DNA of 63,120 nt, the filler included, from Phoronis australis (lineage: Eukaryota; Animalia; Phoronida): assembly GCA_002633005.1 (NCBI GenBank). It is 5 parts of 5 records of this genome, joined end to end, with 100 filler letters (N's around TTAATTAATTAA, not from the genome) between each part and the next. Parts side by side here need not be neighbours in the genome. Positions count along the whole stretch, not along the records: positions 50,141 to 57,958 come from NMRA01001976.1; positions 58,059 to 61,432 come from NMRA01000927.1; positions 61,533 to 63,120 come from NMRA01003920.1; 2 more parts are not named here. One strand, written 5' to 3'. Both the position numbers and the translations under genes were made by a program. Within the stretch, counting starts at the first letter, position 1, and each line of letters begins with the position of its first letter. The notes beneath the pieces were generated by a model, which did no database searches, was not told the DNA's origin, and saw nothing but the letters and a program-made list of their open reading frames with translations. Of the stretch, positions 52,088 through 63,120 are shown piece after piece.

Positions 52088-54609
52088 GCCGCCGTTCGAG
52101 TAAAAAAATCAAAAGCGCTGTTGGAGCATTTTCAGCCGATTCACAGTTGTGTTTTTTTTCCATTTTCCAATGTTGGCAAATATGTTACATACATATGGAG
52201 TTGCCAGCTTGTCTTGAAGCATTGAAAATTGGTCAATGAAATGCCACAAGTCATGCGACTGCTCATACATGTACATGTATACGTCAAAGGCAATGTGAAG
52301 CACATATCCAAAAACAAAAGAAACAGTGAAGTTCAACCGAAACTGCGTAGTTCACCTAATACTCCCAGATTTACATTATTGGGACCGGGACCCGGACATC
52401 CAAGCTTCACACAAATAAAATAAAGTGCTGGTGAAGTGTGCAAAGTTGAATGGGGACGAGTGGAAATTATGTGTCACAGTGGCGCCTTCTGCCGACGCAC
52501 AATATCACAAGAATTGTTATCAGGATTCGAATTCGTTTTGTTTTAAACCTTCGAAAAACTTTTATATTTTTGGTTATGATACATGTTTCAACAGTTGTTA
52601 ACAGAAATATGAAAGTGAGATTAAAGGTCACATTCTCCGTATATGGCAACTTCTGTGTCAAATACCTTACCGAATAAGGAGACGTCGCGTGCTTTGCCTT
52701 GTGTCAGAAAAGTCAACGAAATGACGAGAAATTGGCAGACCGTTTTCTTGAAATTTGAAACTAAAAAGAAAATTCTTTGACATCAACAGAAATTCAAACT
52801 CTTTACAAAAAAAACTGTGAACAGTTATTTATACATGAATTAAAACAAAGGTGCATAGACAGAGACGAACAGTCGGCTGGACGAATATTACATATTATTT
52901 TAAATTGTCTAAAATAGACTACATGTACATTATATGAAAAACTTCAAGACAAATTATTTAATAACCGTTCCATCGTAACATACATGGTGTACAGTTTTAA
53001 TTTTGTTTCAGTGACAGAGAACTACTGTACGTTGAATGATGTAAGTTAGCCTGTTTTTCGTGTTCTATGCCACGTTTGCGAACAAACCGAAGTAAAAGTT
53101 TTGGCATTGTGAATGGAATTTCCGGTGCAGTCAAAATCAAAACTGTCGAGGAAGTGAGTGCTCTTTGCATACGATATCTTTTATAAGCTCATGACTCAAG
53201 TTTTGGCTCGTTGCTCACGTGCTCGCAATGAAGGACCATGTCAGTTGGCGGCTGCCCGGCCGGTGCCTTCAATTGTCCACCCAGTGCCCTTAAATTCAAC
53301 GCAAAATAATTAATACTGAGGGACCTACATGTACCTACCTCCACTGTTCTTTTACTCTGCCACGGGAATTTTCTCGTTTATTTCAATAATTTGGATCAAA
53401 ACCGACTTGATGCCTTATTTCCGCCGTCCGCTGCTGCTGACGCAACCTCCTACCTGAATCTAATTTGGGAACAGCGCTCTCATTTGGGCGAAATCAACAA
53501 CCCCGCTATCTACTGTAGATTGCAAGCGGCACTGTTGTTGTAGTGTGATGAATGAATAAGTAAATGCAAATATCAGCGGTGCTCAAATTCAGGTCGTTAA
53601 CATTTGATTGGCAAATATTCCAGAGCTCAGGGTTTAATGTTTTTATTCGGAATCGAACTCGGAAATAGTTTTGTCATGCGCCATGACAGAAAAAATTGTA
53701 GAGTCCAATCTAGAGCAATAACGAACTGCCTGTACTTTCCAAGTTACGAAATCCTACCTGTTTTGATTAAGCAGCAGTTTGAGAATGACTCCATAACAGC
53801 TGAATTGTCCAGATGAAAAAGTTATTTTGTCACAAAAGGCGGGTTTGATTGCAACTTTAAAATTAGAATGTACCTTCAAGTGATACAAATATCAAAATAT
53901 TACCAAACAATGGAGTGTGAGGCTTAATCAGACTTTAGACATATTTCTTTGGTCTTCATTCTTGAAATTTATCCAACTCGGCATATGTCGATCAACTTGC
54001 TTTTTGATCCAGATGTTTACACTTTAAAATTTGTTTAATTTAACATTGAAGAGAATGGCGGCACTGTGTGATATTTTTTGTATTTATGTACTTTGGGCAT
54101 GTGACCTTGTGGACTGAAATATGCAGTTAACATGCAGACAAGATAGATATTATCATCATTGCACTTGTTTTTAAATACTGGTGTATACTAAAATGTTCAT
54201 AAAGTTTGCAACAATCCGTTTGAAAGTAGGCAAGATCTCACCGAACACAATCTCCAGCAAAAGAAAATTCCGAGTAAACAAATTCGACGATGTTGTGTAG
54301 GAGACTTACACGTACATGTAAGAGTCACCATTGACGCAGCTCACATCGTGAACAACAAAGCGAAGTGCCAAGCGTTGACAGTAGTTTCCACAAACAAGGA
54401 ACAAGTGGGAATACTCATGATGTTTTATTTTAGATCTCATCGACAGGTGTGACAGGTTAGCCAAATGTTTACAAAACTATAGGACAGATTTTAAATCAGT
54501 AAAACTCGATATATTTTCTGACGGTGAAAAGCCCGTGGGATTTGATTTTGATTTTGATTTTGTCATAAATTGGGTCACTTGGCTATGTCTTTTTGGTAAA
54601 ATTTAGCAC

Positions 54610-55692
54610 AAAGAAGGAAGGAGGAAAAGAGAATGGGATGAGAAGAGAAGAGGGGAGACAGAGGAAGGGGGGAGAGGAGTGAAGAGGTGTGACAGGGGAA
54701 GGAGGAGAGGAGAGAAGGNNNNNNNNNNNNNNNNNNNNNNNNNNNNNNNNNNNNNNNNNNNNNNNNNNNNNNNNNNNNNNNNNNNNNNNNNNNNNNNNNN
54801 NNNNNNNNNNNNNNNNNNNNNNNNNNNNNNNNNNNNNNNNNNNNNNNNNNNNNNNNNNNNNNNNNNNNNNNNNNNNNNNNNNNNNNNNNNNNNNNNNNNN
54901 NNNNNNNNNNNNNNNNNNNNNNNNNNNNNNNNNNNNNNNNNNNNNNNNNNNNNNNNNNNNNNNNNNNNNNNNNNNNNNNNNNNNNNNNNNNNNNNNNNNN
55001 NNNNNNNNNNNNNNNNNNNNNNNNNNNNNNNNNNNNNNNNNNNNNNNNNNNNNNNNNNNNNNNNNNNNNNNNNNNNNNNNNNNNNNNNNNNNNNNNNNNN
55101 NNNNNNNNNNNNNNNNNNNNNNNNNNNNNNNNNNNNNNNNNNNNNNNNNNNNNNNNNNNNNNNNNNNNNNNNNNNNNNNNNNNNNNNNNNNNNNNNNNNN
55201 NNNNNNNNNNNNNNNNNNNNNNNNNNNNNNNNNNNNNNNNNNNNNNNNNNNNNNNNNNNNNNNNNNNNNNNNNNNNNNNNNNNNNNNNNNNNNNNNNNNN
55301 NNNNNNNNNNNNNNNNNNNNNNNNNNNNNNNNNNNNNNNNNNNNNNNNNNNNNNNNNNNNNNNNNNNNNNNNNNNNNNNNNNNNNNNNNNNNNNNNNNNN
55401 NNNNNNNNNNNNNNNNNNNNNNNNNNNNNNNNNNNNNNNNNNNNNNNNNNNNNNNNNNNNNNNNNNNNNNNNNNNNNNNNNNNNNNNNNNNNNNNNNNNN
55501 NNNNNNNNNNNNNNNNNNNNNNNNNNNNNNNNNNNNNNNNNNNNNNNNNNNNNNNNNNNNNNNNNNNNNNNNNNNNNNNNNNNNNNNNNNNNNNNNNGAA
55601 GACAGAGAAAGGGGGGAGAGGAGAGCAGAGATGTGACAGGGGAAGGGGGGAGAAGGAGGGAGACAGAGGCCAAGGGGGACAGAAAGAAAGAG
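54610..55692. repeat. Purine-rich (GA) repeat spanning a sized assembly gap (N 54719-55597)
   Basis: gagacagag/gtgacagggg units on both sides of the gap. Confidence 0.8.
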
Positions 55693-57631
55693 ATCTTGCA
55701 AGCCACGCTGAGAAGAAAATCACATTTGTTTTATTTACGGCAGTCTTTGTGAAAATCATGGTTAGTGAACAAAAAATTGTTTCGTGACAAGAGCCTTTGT
55801 GCTTATGATTTCTGAGATCATCCAGTATTTTACAAAAGCTGGAAACATAACCATGCTCTCCTCAGGCCAGGAGGGATAAAGGAAATAAGAAGAGCTATGG
55901 TTTAGGGCCACCACCGCCGAACATTCATTGCGCATTACAATCGAAGTCTCCTCTATGATTCGCCATTACAAAATGCGTATTTCGGATAAAAATTAAACAA
56001 AAACATTAAATTTGGTAACTACCTCAAGCTTTAGAAGCGAGTTTGCACACTGGAACACACTTAAAACATAACTTAAACAAATTTAATCGAACAAATCTCA
56101 AGTGCTGTGCGTTATTTTTGATACTGTACAACTGTAAAATCAGTTCTGATCTTGTGATTTAAAATCGACGAATCCCGATGTTGGCTTTCAGTCATTCGGT
56201 AGAATGAAATCGAGGTCGCTAAACCTTTGTCAGTTAACATTCTTTAAATACTTGTCTACTGTACTTGTCATATCGACTTTTAGCCCTACTGGTAAAACGT
56301 CAGACCGCTACGACTGAGCACGTTACTTTGAATCGTTCTTGGGGCTGTGAGCTAGTTACATGTACACAACACAAACATTGCATTTCTGACTACTTAATTC
56401 ATAATTTTCCACGGTCTTTAGCTGTATTAAAGGAGTTTGGATACCACTGAATAACTAAAGTCCGTTTCCATGAAAACATCGGAATCTTAATACCAAAAAG
56501 AATTTTGATAACCTTCAGTCCAATTTTGACTCGGTGTTACGTTGTAGTCAATATTGCGATTTACATGCCGTACACAAAAATATTGCGTGCGTCAATTAAT
56601 TATTACGAGGGTAGACATTAATTAGCACTGGCGTAAATATCCTATTAAGGGCTTAACAAATTATCACGAGTGTAAGCTACGCGTGAAATTTAAATCTTCG
56701 ATTTACGTGCATTATTGATGCAAGTGATTTAATCATTAGTTTCGGCTCCTGCGTTCTTTACGCGTGTAACTTAAACCGATAGGCTAATCGCATTCTGCCA
56801 ATCCTAAATAATGAAAACATGTCATATTAAATCTCACAGAAACATGCAGGTTTCCGTCCTTTGAAAATATTTACTCATATCCACCCTGCAGTAGTTGCCC
56901 TGAAGGGACACTGACAGTTCAACGCCGGTCGGACTGAAAAACACATTTTTGAACTACAGTAATTGTTGGACTCATAGTGGAAAGAACTTGGAGTTTAACT
57001 TTGACCGGAGCTACGAAATGGCAAAATCTGGGGTGTTTTTGTGACTTTCAAGTCGCCAATTCTGTATTGTCTGCCAGAAATTGGCTGAAATCAAAATCAG
57101 CGACTTTACATTACATACGCTTAAAAATACTCTTCCAGACGAGGCTCACCTCAGCCAACCGAGGGTAAGACTGTAAATGTGAGGCTGCCCGCAGGAAATC
57201 ACTTTTCCCATCGAAAATGTTCCTAAAAACAGATGTTGGAAAGCCAACAACACTAATAAGCAAAGAAACCTGCCGTTGTCATAAACCCTGTTTGTGGGAT
57301 ACCAATGCAAAACTTTCACTTTTATTCTGGCGTAACACCTAGGATCAAAAGAATACAATTGATATTTAGGGCTATCAAATGTTTGTAAGCCTACAAGGTT
57401 GGTTTTTTACATAGGTGCATACAGCATTCCCATCCTCCAATTCGTCAACGAAACCCTGTATCCATCACACTGGCACCGCCGCTCACAGGAAAAGTTGACA
57501 AGGTCAGTAACAAACATGCTGAAGTGGACCCTGATGTTCTTTGTAGAATGTTAAATTTCAACGCGAAATCAGTGGCCATAGTCAACATATTGTGGCTGCA
57601 CAAGTTGATCTCACCCTTACATTGCCAGTAA

Positions 57632-57762
57632 CATGGGCGGCGCATCATAGGGGGCTGGTGTCTATAGCCCTCACTTTTTTCAATGCTACGCCACACACGG
57701 TCTTGTAGGCAATGCACTACAGGGGGCTGAGGAGGCCTTTTTTCAGTGCTGCGCCGCCCATG
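57632..57762. mobile_element. MITE-like element, same family as 38101-38257
   Basis: Perfect 13-bp TIR catgggcggcgca / tgcgccgcccatg. Confidence 0.65.
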
Positions 57763-57958
57763 GAAGTGATTCGAGTCGGAGTACGGCCAATACAAACTGA
57801 AGAGGACGTAGGCTAAATGACATGATCGCTCAGAAGCATGCTACATTTGAGGGCATGTGCTCCTCTGCAGGATATGAGATTGTATATTATCAAGAGATCG
57901 GTGACAATGACTACATACATGTACATGTAACTTGATCGCACCCTTGAATTCTGATTAA

Positions 57959-58058
57959 NNNNNNNNNNNNNNNNNNNNNNNNNNNNNNNNNNNNNNNNNN
58001 NNTTAATTAATTAANNNNNNNNNNNNNNNNNNNNNNNNNNNNNNNNNNNNNNNNNNNN
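57959..58058. other. Artificial contig spacer
   Basis: Same 100-nt structure. Confidence 0.97.
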
Positions 58059-58338
58059 TAACATGCTCAATTGATTTTGGGTCGATTTCTTTTGGCCAAC
58101 CACCTTCCAAGTGGAGACAGCCACGGTGTTCTGTCTCACTAACTTCTGTGTTAACTGTGTGCTCTGACATGGCACAGACGTTTTGCGCAGCTGCCTCAAC
58201 AACCTCGCGCGGAATGAAGTTGTACGAGAGCTCTGCATTTGGCTGAATATTCACGAGCAATTCAGGCTTGCAATCTATGAAGTTGCAATTCTTCCCGAAA
58301 TCTCTACGAAGTTTCTTGTAGGCGTGCACGAGCTCCAT
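58059..58338 (-). CDS. DNAI2: Axonemal dynein intermediate chain 2-like, first coding exon (truncated by assembly spacer)
   Basis: MELVHAYKKLRRDFGKNCNF...MSEHTVNTE...RGCLHLEGGWPKEID resembles the DNAI2/IC69 N-terminus (Y.K.R..FG..C.F; MSEH..N.E; H.EGGWPK); acceptor tttacag just upstream of the ATG. Confidence 0.88.
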
Positions 58339-60446
58339 TATCCACTGTAAATGACAAAATTGGGGATTTGAAGCACAGCAATTCTTCTGACAACATTAGC
58401 GTAGAAGACAGGAGTTGCAGTAAGTTGATGGAATTGTGATCTAGGCCTGAGAATAATTCTATATAAATGGCTCCCAATTCAAGATAAACAGTGGAACTTT
58501 AATCGTCCATACCACGCTCTTCCCGCTAAGAGCAAATCTGAAAGTTTCCCTTTCACTTTGTCAGTAGCATGGCTACCGCAAAAGAAGTCTCACGAAATAG
58601 CTTTAACTTTTAAAAACGGTCATTTTACATATCAAGAATTGAGGAATCTTGACATCTTGACCAGTTTTCATGCAATATGATACTGAAAGGGCCTCCATGG
58701 AGCATTTTCCTGATTCGGATGCTTTCTTAGGAGGCTCTTTAAAAACCGATCTCAGTACAAAAAGAAGTTATTCAGCTTGAAACCTACGCTAATTTCGTGT
58801 CCGGCTAATTACCGATGCCCACAACATCGCAAAAATATATGGTAAGCAATTGACAATAGATTGCACTGACTTATCCTGCAAATTTGATCATGTATCCGGA
58901 TGTGCATATTTTGCCTTGTAGGAATTAATGTATCGCCGCATTAAATTTGCGAATCTCCATTTATCGCTCAATCAGTGGCCAACAATTTGCAGAAGTCCAG
59001 ATTATGTCTGAATTATCCTAAAATAAAGCCCACTGGTATCACATTCTACAGTTACTTAATGTACCTTCTGACCTGCGCTTATTTTCTTCCACTGGCTAGT
59101 GGTCACAGTTGGTACATCGCTTGTGACATCACTATGACTTCAATTTCAAGAGTTGAATTTCAAAACAGATGCGGCGTACCAAGTCCCGGACAAGGTTCTC
59201 GACTTTTTACGTCTGGCAGAGAGGACAGATTAAAAATTAGAATACCACCCATTAACAGAGACTGAACTCAAGAACAGACCCATGAAAAAGTCACCCTCTC
59301 GTAGGGTTTCGTTCAAGAAACACTTCACTTTTGGAGGGGTTGATATCGCAAACTTCACGCATGCGTAGGAATTCTTGAACAGCCGAAGTCCATCAAACCT
59401 GAATGTAGGTGTTCGGCCTGAGTGGAGGTTAGGGGCTGCGCGGTGACTACTAACGAGCGGCTTTAAATCTGTAAAAATTGGATGTTACTATTCTCTGACT
59501 TGGTGTTGGTCTGACTGGTCTGCCGGGTTAATCCGCTACTGAATCTATAGTTTGGACTCGGCCAATCGCGTTGTTCCGATGTGGTAGGCGAGGTTGAGTC
59601 GCGCTGTGAAATGCGACCTTGACATGGACTTTGCCGTGAATGTACCGTGGTGTATAATTAATCAGTACTACTTCATATTCTTTTAAAAATACAAATATTA
59701 CCGGTAGTACTCGGGAGTTATTTTCCGTATATCTACAACAATGCGTGTAATAACCGAAATATCGTGTACTTTTGCATACGAAATATAAGAATTATACCCG
59801 AGTCCGGAATTTCATGTATTTTCGGAGTGAATCTTTGAAGTAAGAAGCCTTCGGAGTAGTGAACAGAAGTAGAGGGCTGTTCCCATTTCCTGCCATATAA
59901 GCAACTCAAGTAACATGCGGCAGAAGAAGAACCTGACAAAAATGTCGTCGTCATTATCCGACTAAAAAAGTTCCCGTCCGAATATGTGGTGGAGTACAGT
60001 CCCTCACTTAAGCACGCAATGTTCGGAAGTTTGGCCGAGGATAACGTTAAGTACTCCAAAGAGAGAATTTTCTGGACCCGGGCACAATACATCTTTATTT
60101 GGGACTCGTTTTTTCGCATATTTATTTCTGAGATTAACCTACGAATTCCTCAATTCAGGAAAATGAAGTGGAGAGACAGCGTCGTGTAGGCTGTACGGAT
60201 TGCCCTTCCACAGAGTTTAGTTGCGCAATGGCGCTACCGAAAAATCTACAGGGCCGACGCTTGCGAAATATGATTCAGTAAAAGTCAACCGTTTTAGAAA
60301 TTCGAACCACCTTTTGCACAATGTCGGCTACGAGCCTCCTTAGTGGCATGCAAGACACATTCCAGACCGCGCAAACGCGAGGGTACTGGACAGTTTTTAG
60401 TTTGAGCGGCGTGGGAGAGGCTATTTGTGCCGCAAAATCCAGGGCC

Positions 60447-60720
60447 AGGGCCCGGTCTCCAATCTCCGTACTCAGACTCGAATCATGCTCAAACTCACAC
60501 TTCATACTCAACTCGAGTACAGACTCAGCTTTGGTGTATTCAATGTCATACTCGAAAAGTCTGTACTCGAAATTTCGAGCACGTACTCAGTTTTCGAGTG
60601 TACTCGAACTGAAGTGTATCTCATCTATATTTCGAGTACGATTTTGAGTAAAAATTTGGAGTCTATGCTCCAATTTCAAGTTTGGTATGGCAGTGTGCTT
60701 GAAATCGTACTCGAAAATAA
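60447..60720 (+). repeat. Dispersed repeat, second copy
   Basis: Same 34-nt start as 31200, followed by repeated tactcga/tcgagta motifs. Confidence 0.75.
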
Positions 60721-61432
60721 ATACGAGCCAGAGAACAAAATAGCGAAAGAGAACCAAGAAACACAACAAATCTAAAAAAATAAGTCCTCTTACCGTATCT
60801 CAGCACTTCAATTTCAGTTCAGAGATAATAGTTTTCATCTTAAATCTTCATATTCTTCACATTATTAACCCACCGTATCACTGTATGTTATGGCCGCCAT
60901 TCTAACTCTACAATTCCTGGCAACAGGGGCATTGTAATCCCTTGTCGGCGAGTCATAACAAGCGTCGAAAGCAGTTGTGACAAAAGTCGTGTGAGAAGTT
61001 TGTGCTGCCCTTATTTCGGTATGTGTGCCTACGTTTTGTAGGGTTTCCAAAAGATGAGGAGGGGAGGGAAGTTCGCTTCCCAGTCAGGTACATTTCTCAT
61101 CATAACTTAGTCATCTATAATTCCTCAATCCCCAAATGGAATTCCAGATTTGTTTGCCGATTTCTAAGTAGACGTCTCGTCCCGTTCACTGCCACTGGTG
61201 AACTCTGAATGCCTGCACAAGTATTGTTTTTTAACTCACGTGCCAAATGTCAACTCACTTGTTACATCCCGGTAAAATACGAAGATACAGTATCAAAGTT
61301 TGACATCAGCGTAGGCCTACACAGCAATGGGTTTTGTGTCAAGACTAAATTAGCAACAGAGATGTGATGTGATAAGCTGTTACAAATTTCTTAAGACATT
61401 TTCGGGACTGGGTGAGGAACTCAAGAAGTAAA

Positions 61433-61532
61433 NNNNNNNNNNNNNNNNNNNNNNNNNNNNNNNNNNNNNNNNNNNNTTAATTAATTAANNNNNNNNNNNN
61501 NNNNNNNNNNNNNNNNNNNNNNNNNNNNNNNN
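61433..61532. other. Artificial contig spacer
   Basis: Same 100-nt structure. Confidence 0.97.
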
Positions 61533-61716
61533 AAAAGGTATACAATGGTCGGAAATATCGACACTCAACATTTATAAAAATGAACCGATATGAAAATACT
61601 TATCTAATGCATAACATGGTGTAACAACATTATAGACTAAATATCTAAAGGGAACTAATGGAAATAACTGTTGAGTTCTGTTTATGATGTTGTAATGAAT
61701 TGTTATTGCTTTCATG

Positions 61717-61853
61717 ATAATTACACATAAAAATAATTACACATAATAATTACACATAATTTCACATAATAATTACCAAAATAATTACATATAATTACAC
61801 ATAATAATTACACATAATAATTACATATAATTACACATAATAATTACACATAA
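61717..61853. repeat. AT-rich tandem repeat
   Basis: (ata)ataattacacat units x ~10. Confidence 0.9.
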
Positions 61854-62664
61854 TCTACCAGGAAACCGCCGCGGTTAAAACTCCATTGATGTGTTGCAAG
61901 ACAGGTGACAATGGTAACTGCATGAAGAGAAACAACACCCTATGGCATTGTGGTCTGCAAGTGCTTTATGAGCCAAGTGTCAACTAACTCCGTGTGTGTC
62001 TGTTATGTCTGCTGCATTACTTGGCTGAATGACGTTGTTAATTAGATGTGATATTTTGACAATAACTGATAAAAAACTTATTTGGTTAAAAATGCCACCA
62101 AGACGAAGAGTTTTATTTTCCTTTTGTAAGATAATAATGTTCAGTGTGAGCAAAAATGATGTCGTATAAGAACGCTACATATTTTCAACAGTTTGTGTAG
62201 CTAAATTTTCTTGTGAATGTATTGCGTCTATGTAACGGAGCCCAGGTTGTACCATCGAGCTAGTTATGGAAGTATCTGACACTTCTGAAACAGTTGCTGT
62301 AAAGTTGCTTCTTTTTAAAAAGCTTTTGATTTAGATCATGTACCGTCATAAACTTAGTCTCAAATTATTCCTAACACAAACCAGCAGAGGTTTCTGGGAA
62401 TGGGAAAAGATGAGAATAAACGTTTTGCGAAATACGAAAGAAAGTGAATTTTTGTCCCATTTCTGTCGGCGTCACGGTGCTATAACCCATATCCACTTCT
62501 CCACTCATCATTACGTACATAATTTGGCGGGAAACTTGGAAATAACTAATTTGTCTTCAAAATTTAAAAAATCGCTATTAAAATTTGGCATAAAAAGTGC
62601 TTATTTAGTTAGATTTTATGGTGTTCATATCATATTTGCTAACTGAAACCTCAAAAACTAAGAA

Positions 62665-63000
62665 AATGCATGATGGGATCTCTTTGCACTGGCAATTCAT
62701 CAACAGTATGACGTTCCGCCAGAGATCTCCATGGGAACGTATATGACACAACCATTTGCTCACATTATCCAAATGACCGGACCTTTCGGTAGCCTTTCGC
62801 ATGCCTATTTGTGGCCAAGAAACACCCGGTGCGAGTCCGCGTAAGATATCCGAACACGGAGGGTCTGATTTCCGGTCATGGCGTACCTAGGCAATGACCA
62901 TCGCCTCTGTTGGCCCGAAGCAGAGGCGATGTAGAGGCTATAGCCAGTATAGGCGCTCTGTACGCCGGAAGCTTTTCGGCGAATTATGCCTCGCACCGAC
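62665..63000. other. GC-enriched self-complementary segment; candidate structured RNA of unknown family
   Basis: Several adjacent hairpins enclosed by a 9-bp closing helix (62827-62835 / 62990-62998). Confidence 0.45.
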
Positions 63001-63120
63001 TAAACCATCAAAGTCACGTTGTGACAAATACCTTTTGCGCATATAGAGGAACACCTTAGGAGGTTGTCGATGTGTTTAATTCCTTCCAACTCGAACAAAT
63101 ACTCCCGTTATGAAACTTTT

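Noticed and set aside
54575-55759. Long ORFs of 315-394 aa
   Set aside because: Artefacts of reading through an N gap flanked by GA-rich repeats.
61002-61208. GFPKDEEGR as a THAP N-terminal exon
   Set aside because: Only a 4-residue resemblance, without an in-frame CxxxxC motif.
62855-63003. RNase P RNA (GGAGGGTCTGA resembles CR-I) or group I intron core (GACTA)
   Set aside because: No complementary TCAGAC CR-V partner, spacing too short, and no properly placed S element.

Overview
AT-rich, intron-rich animal (invertebrate-like) genomic DNA. It is assembled from several contigs joined by artificial 100-nt N/TTAATTAATTAA/N spacers, plus one sized gap. Positions ~0.5-31 kb hold a minus-strand polycystin-1-family (PKD1-like/REJ) gene. 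Its architecture is C-type lectin-like domain, ~18 PKD-type repeats in a single 6.43-kb exon, REJ, a GAIN/GPS region that has lost the autoproteolysis motif, PLAT, and a polycystin channel domain. Positions 42.9-48.0 kb hold the first seven coding exons of a CYP39A1-like cytochrome P450 (minus strand). It lies head-to-head with exon 1 of an OSCP1 homolog (plus strand, too short for the ORF track). At 58.1-58.3 kb is the first coding exon of a DNAI2-like axonemal dynein intermediate chain. The rest comprises a ~3-4 kb duplicated block, TIR elements/MITEs, a decayed THAP domain, many minisatellites and a strongly self-complementary ~0.3 kb segment near 62.7-63.0 kb. Exon boundaries were read by hand from GT/AG signals and frame continuity. 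Family calls are from recalled sequences and motifs; no database search was run.
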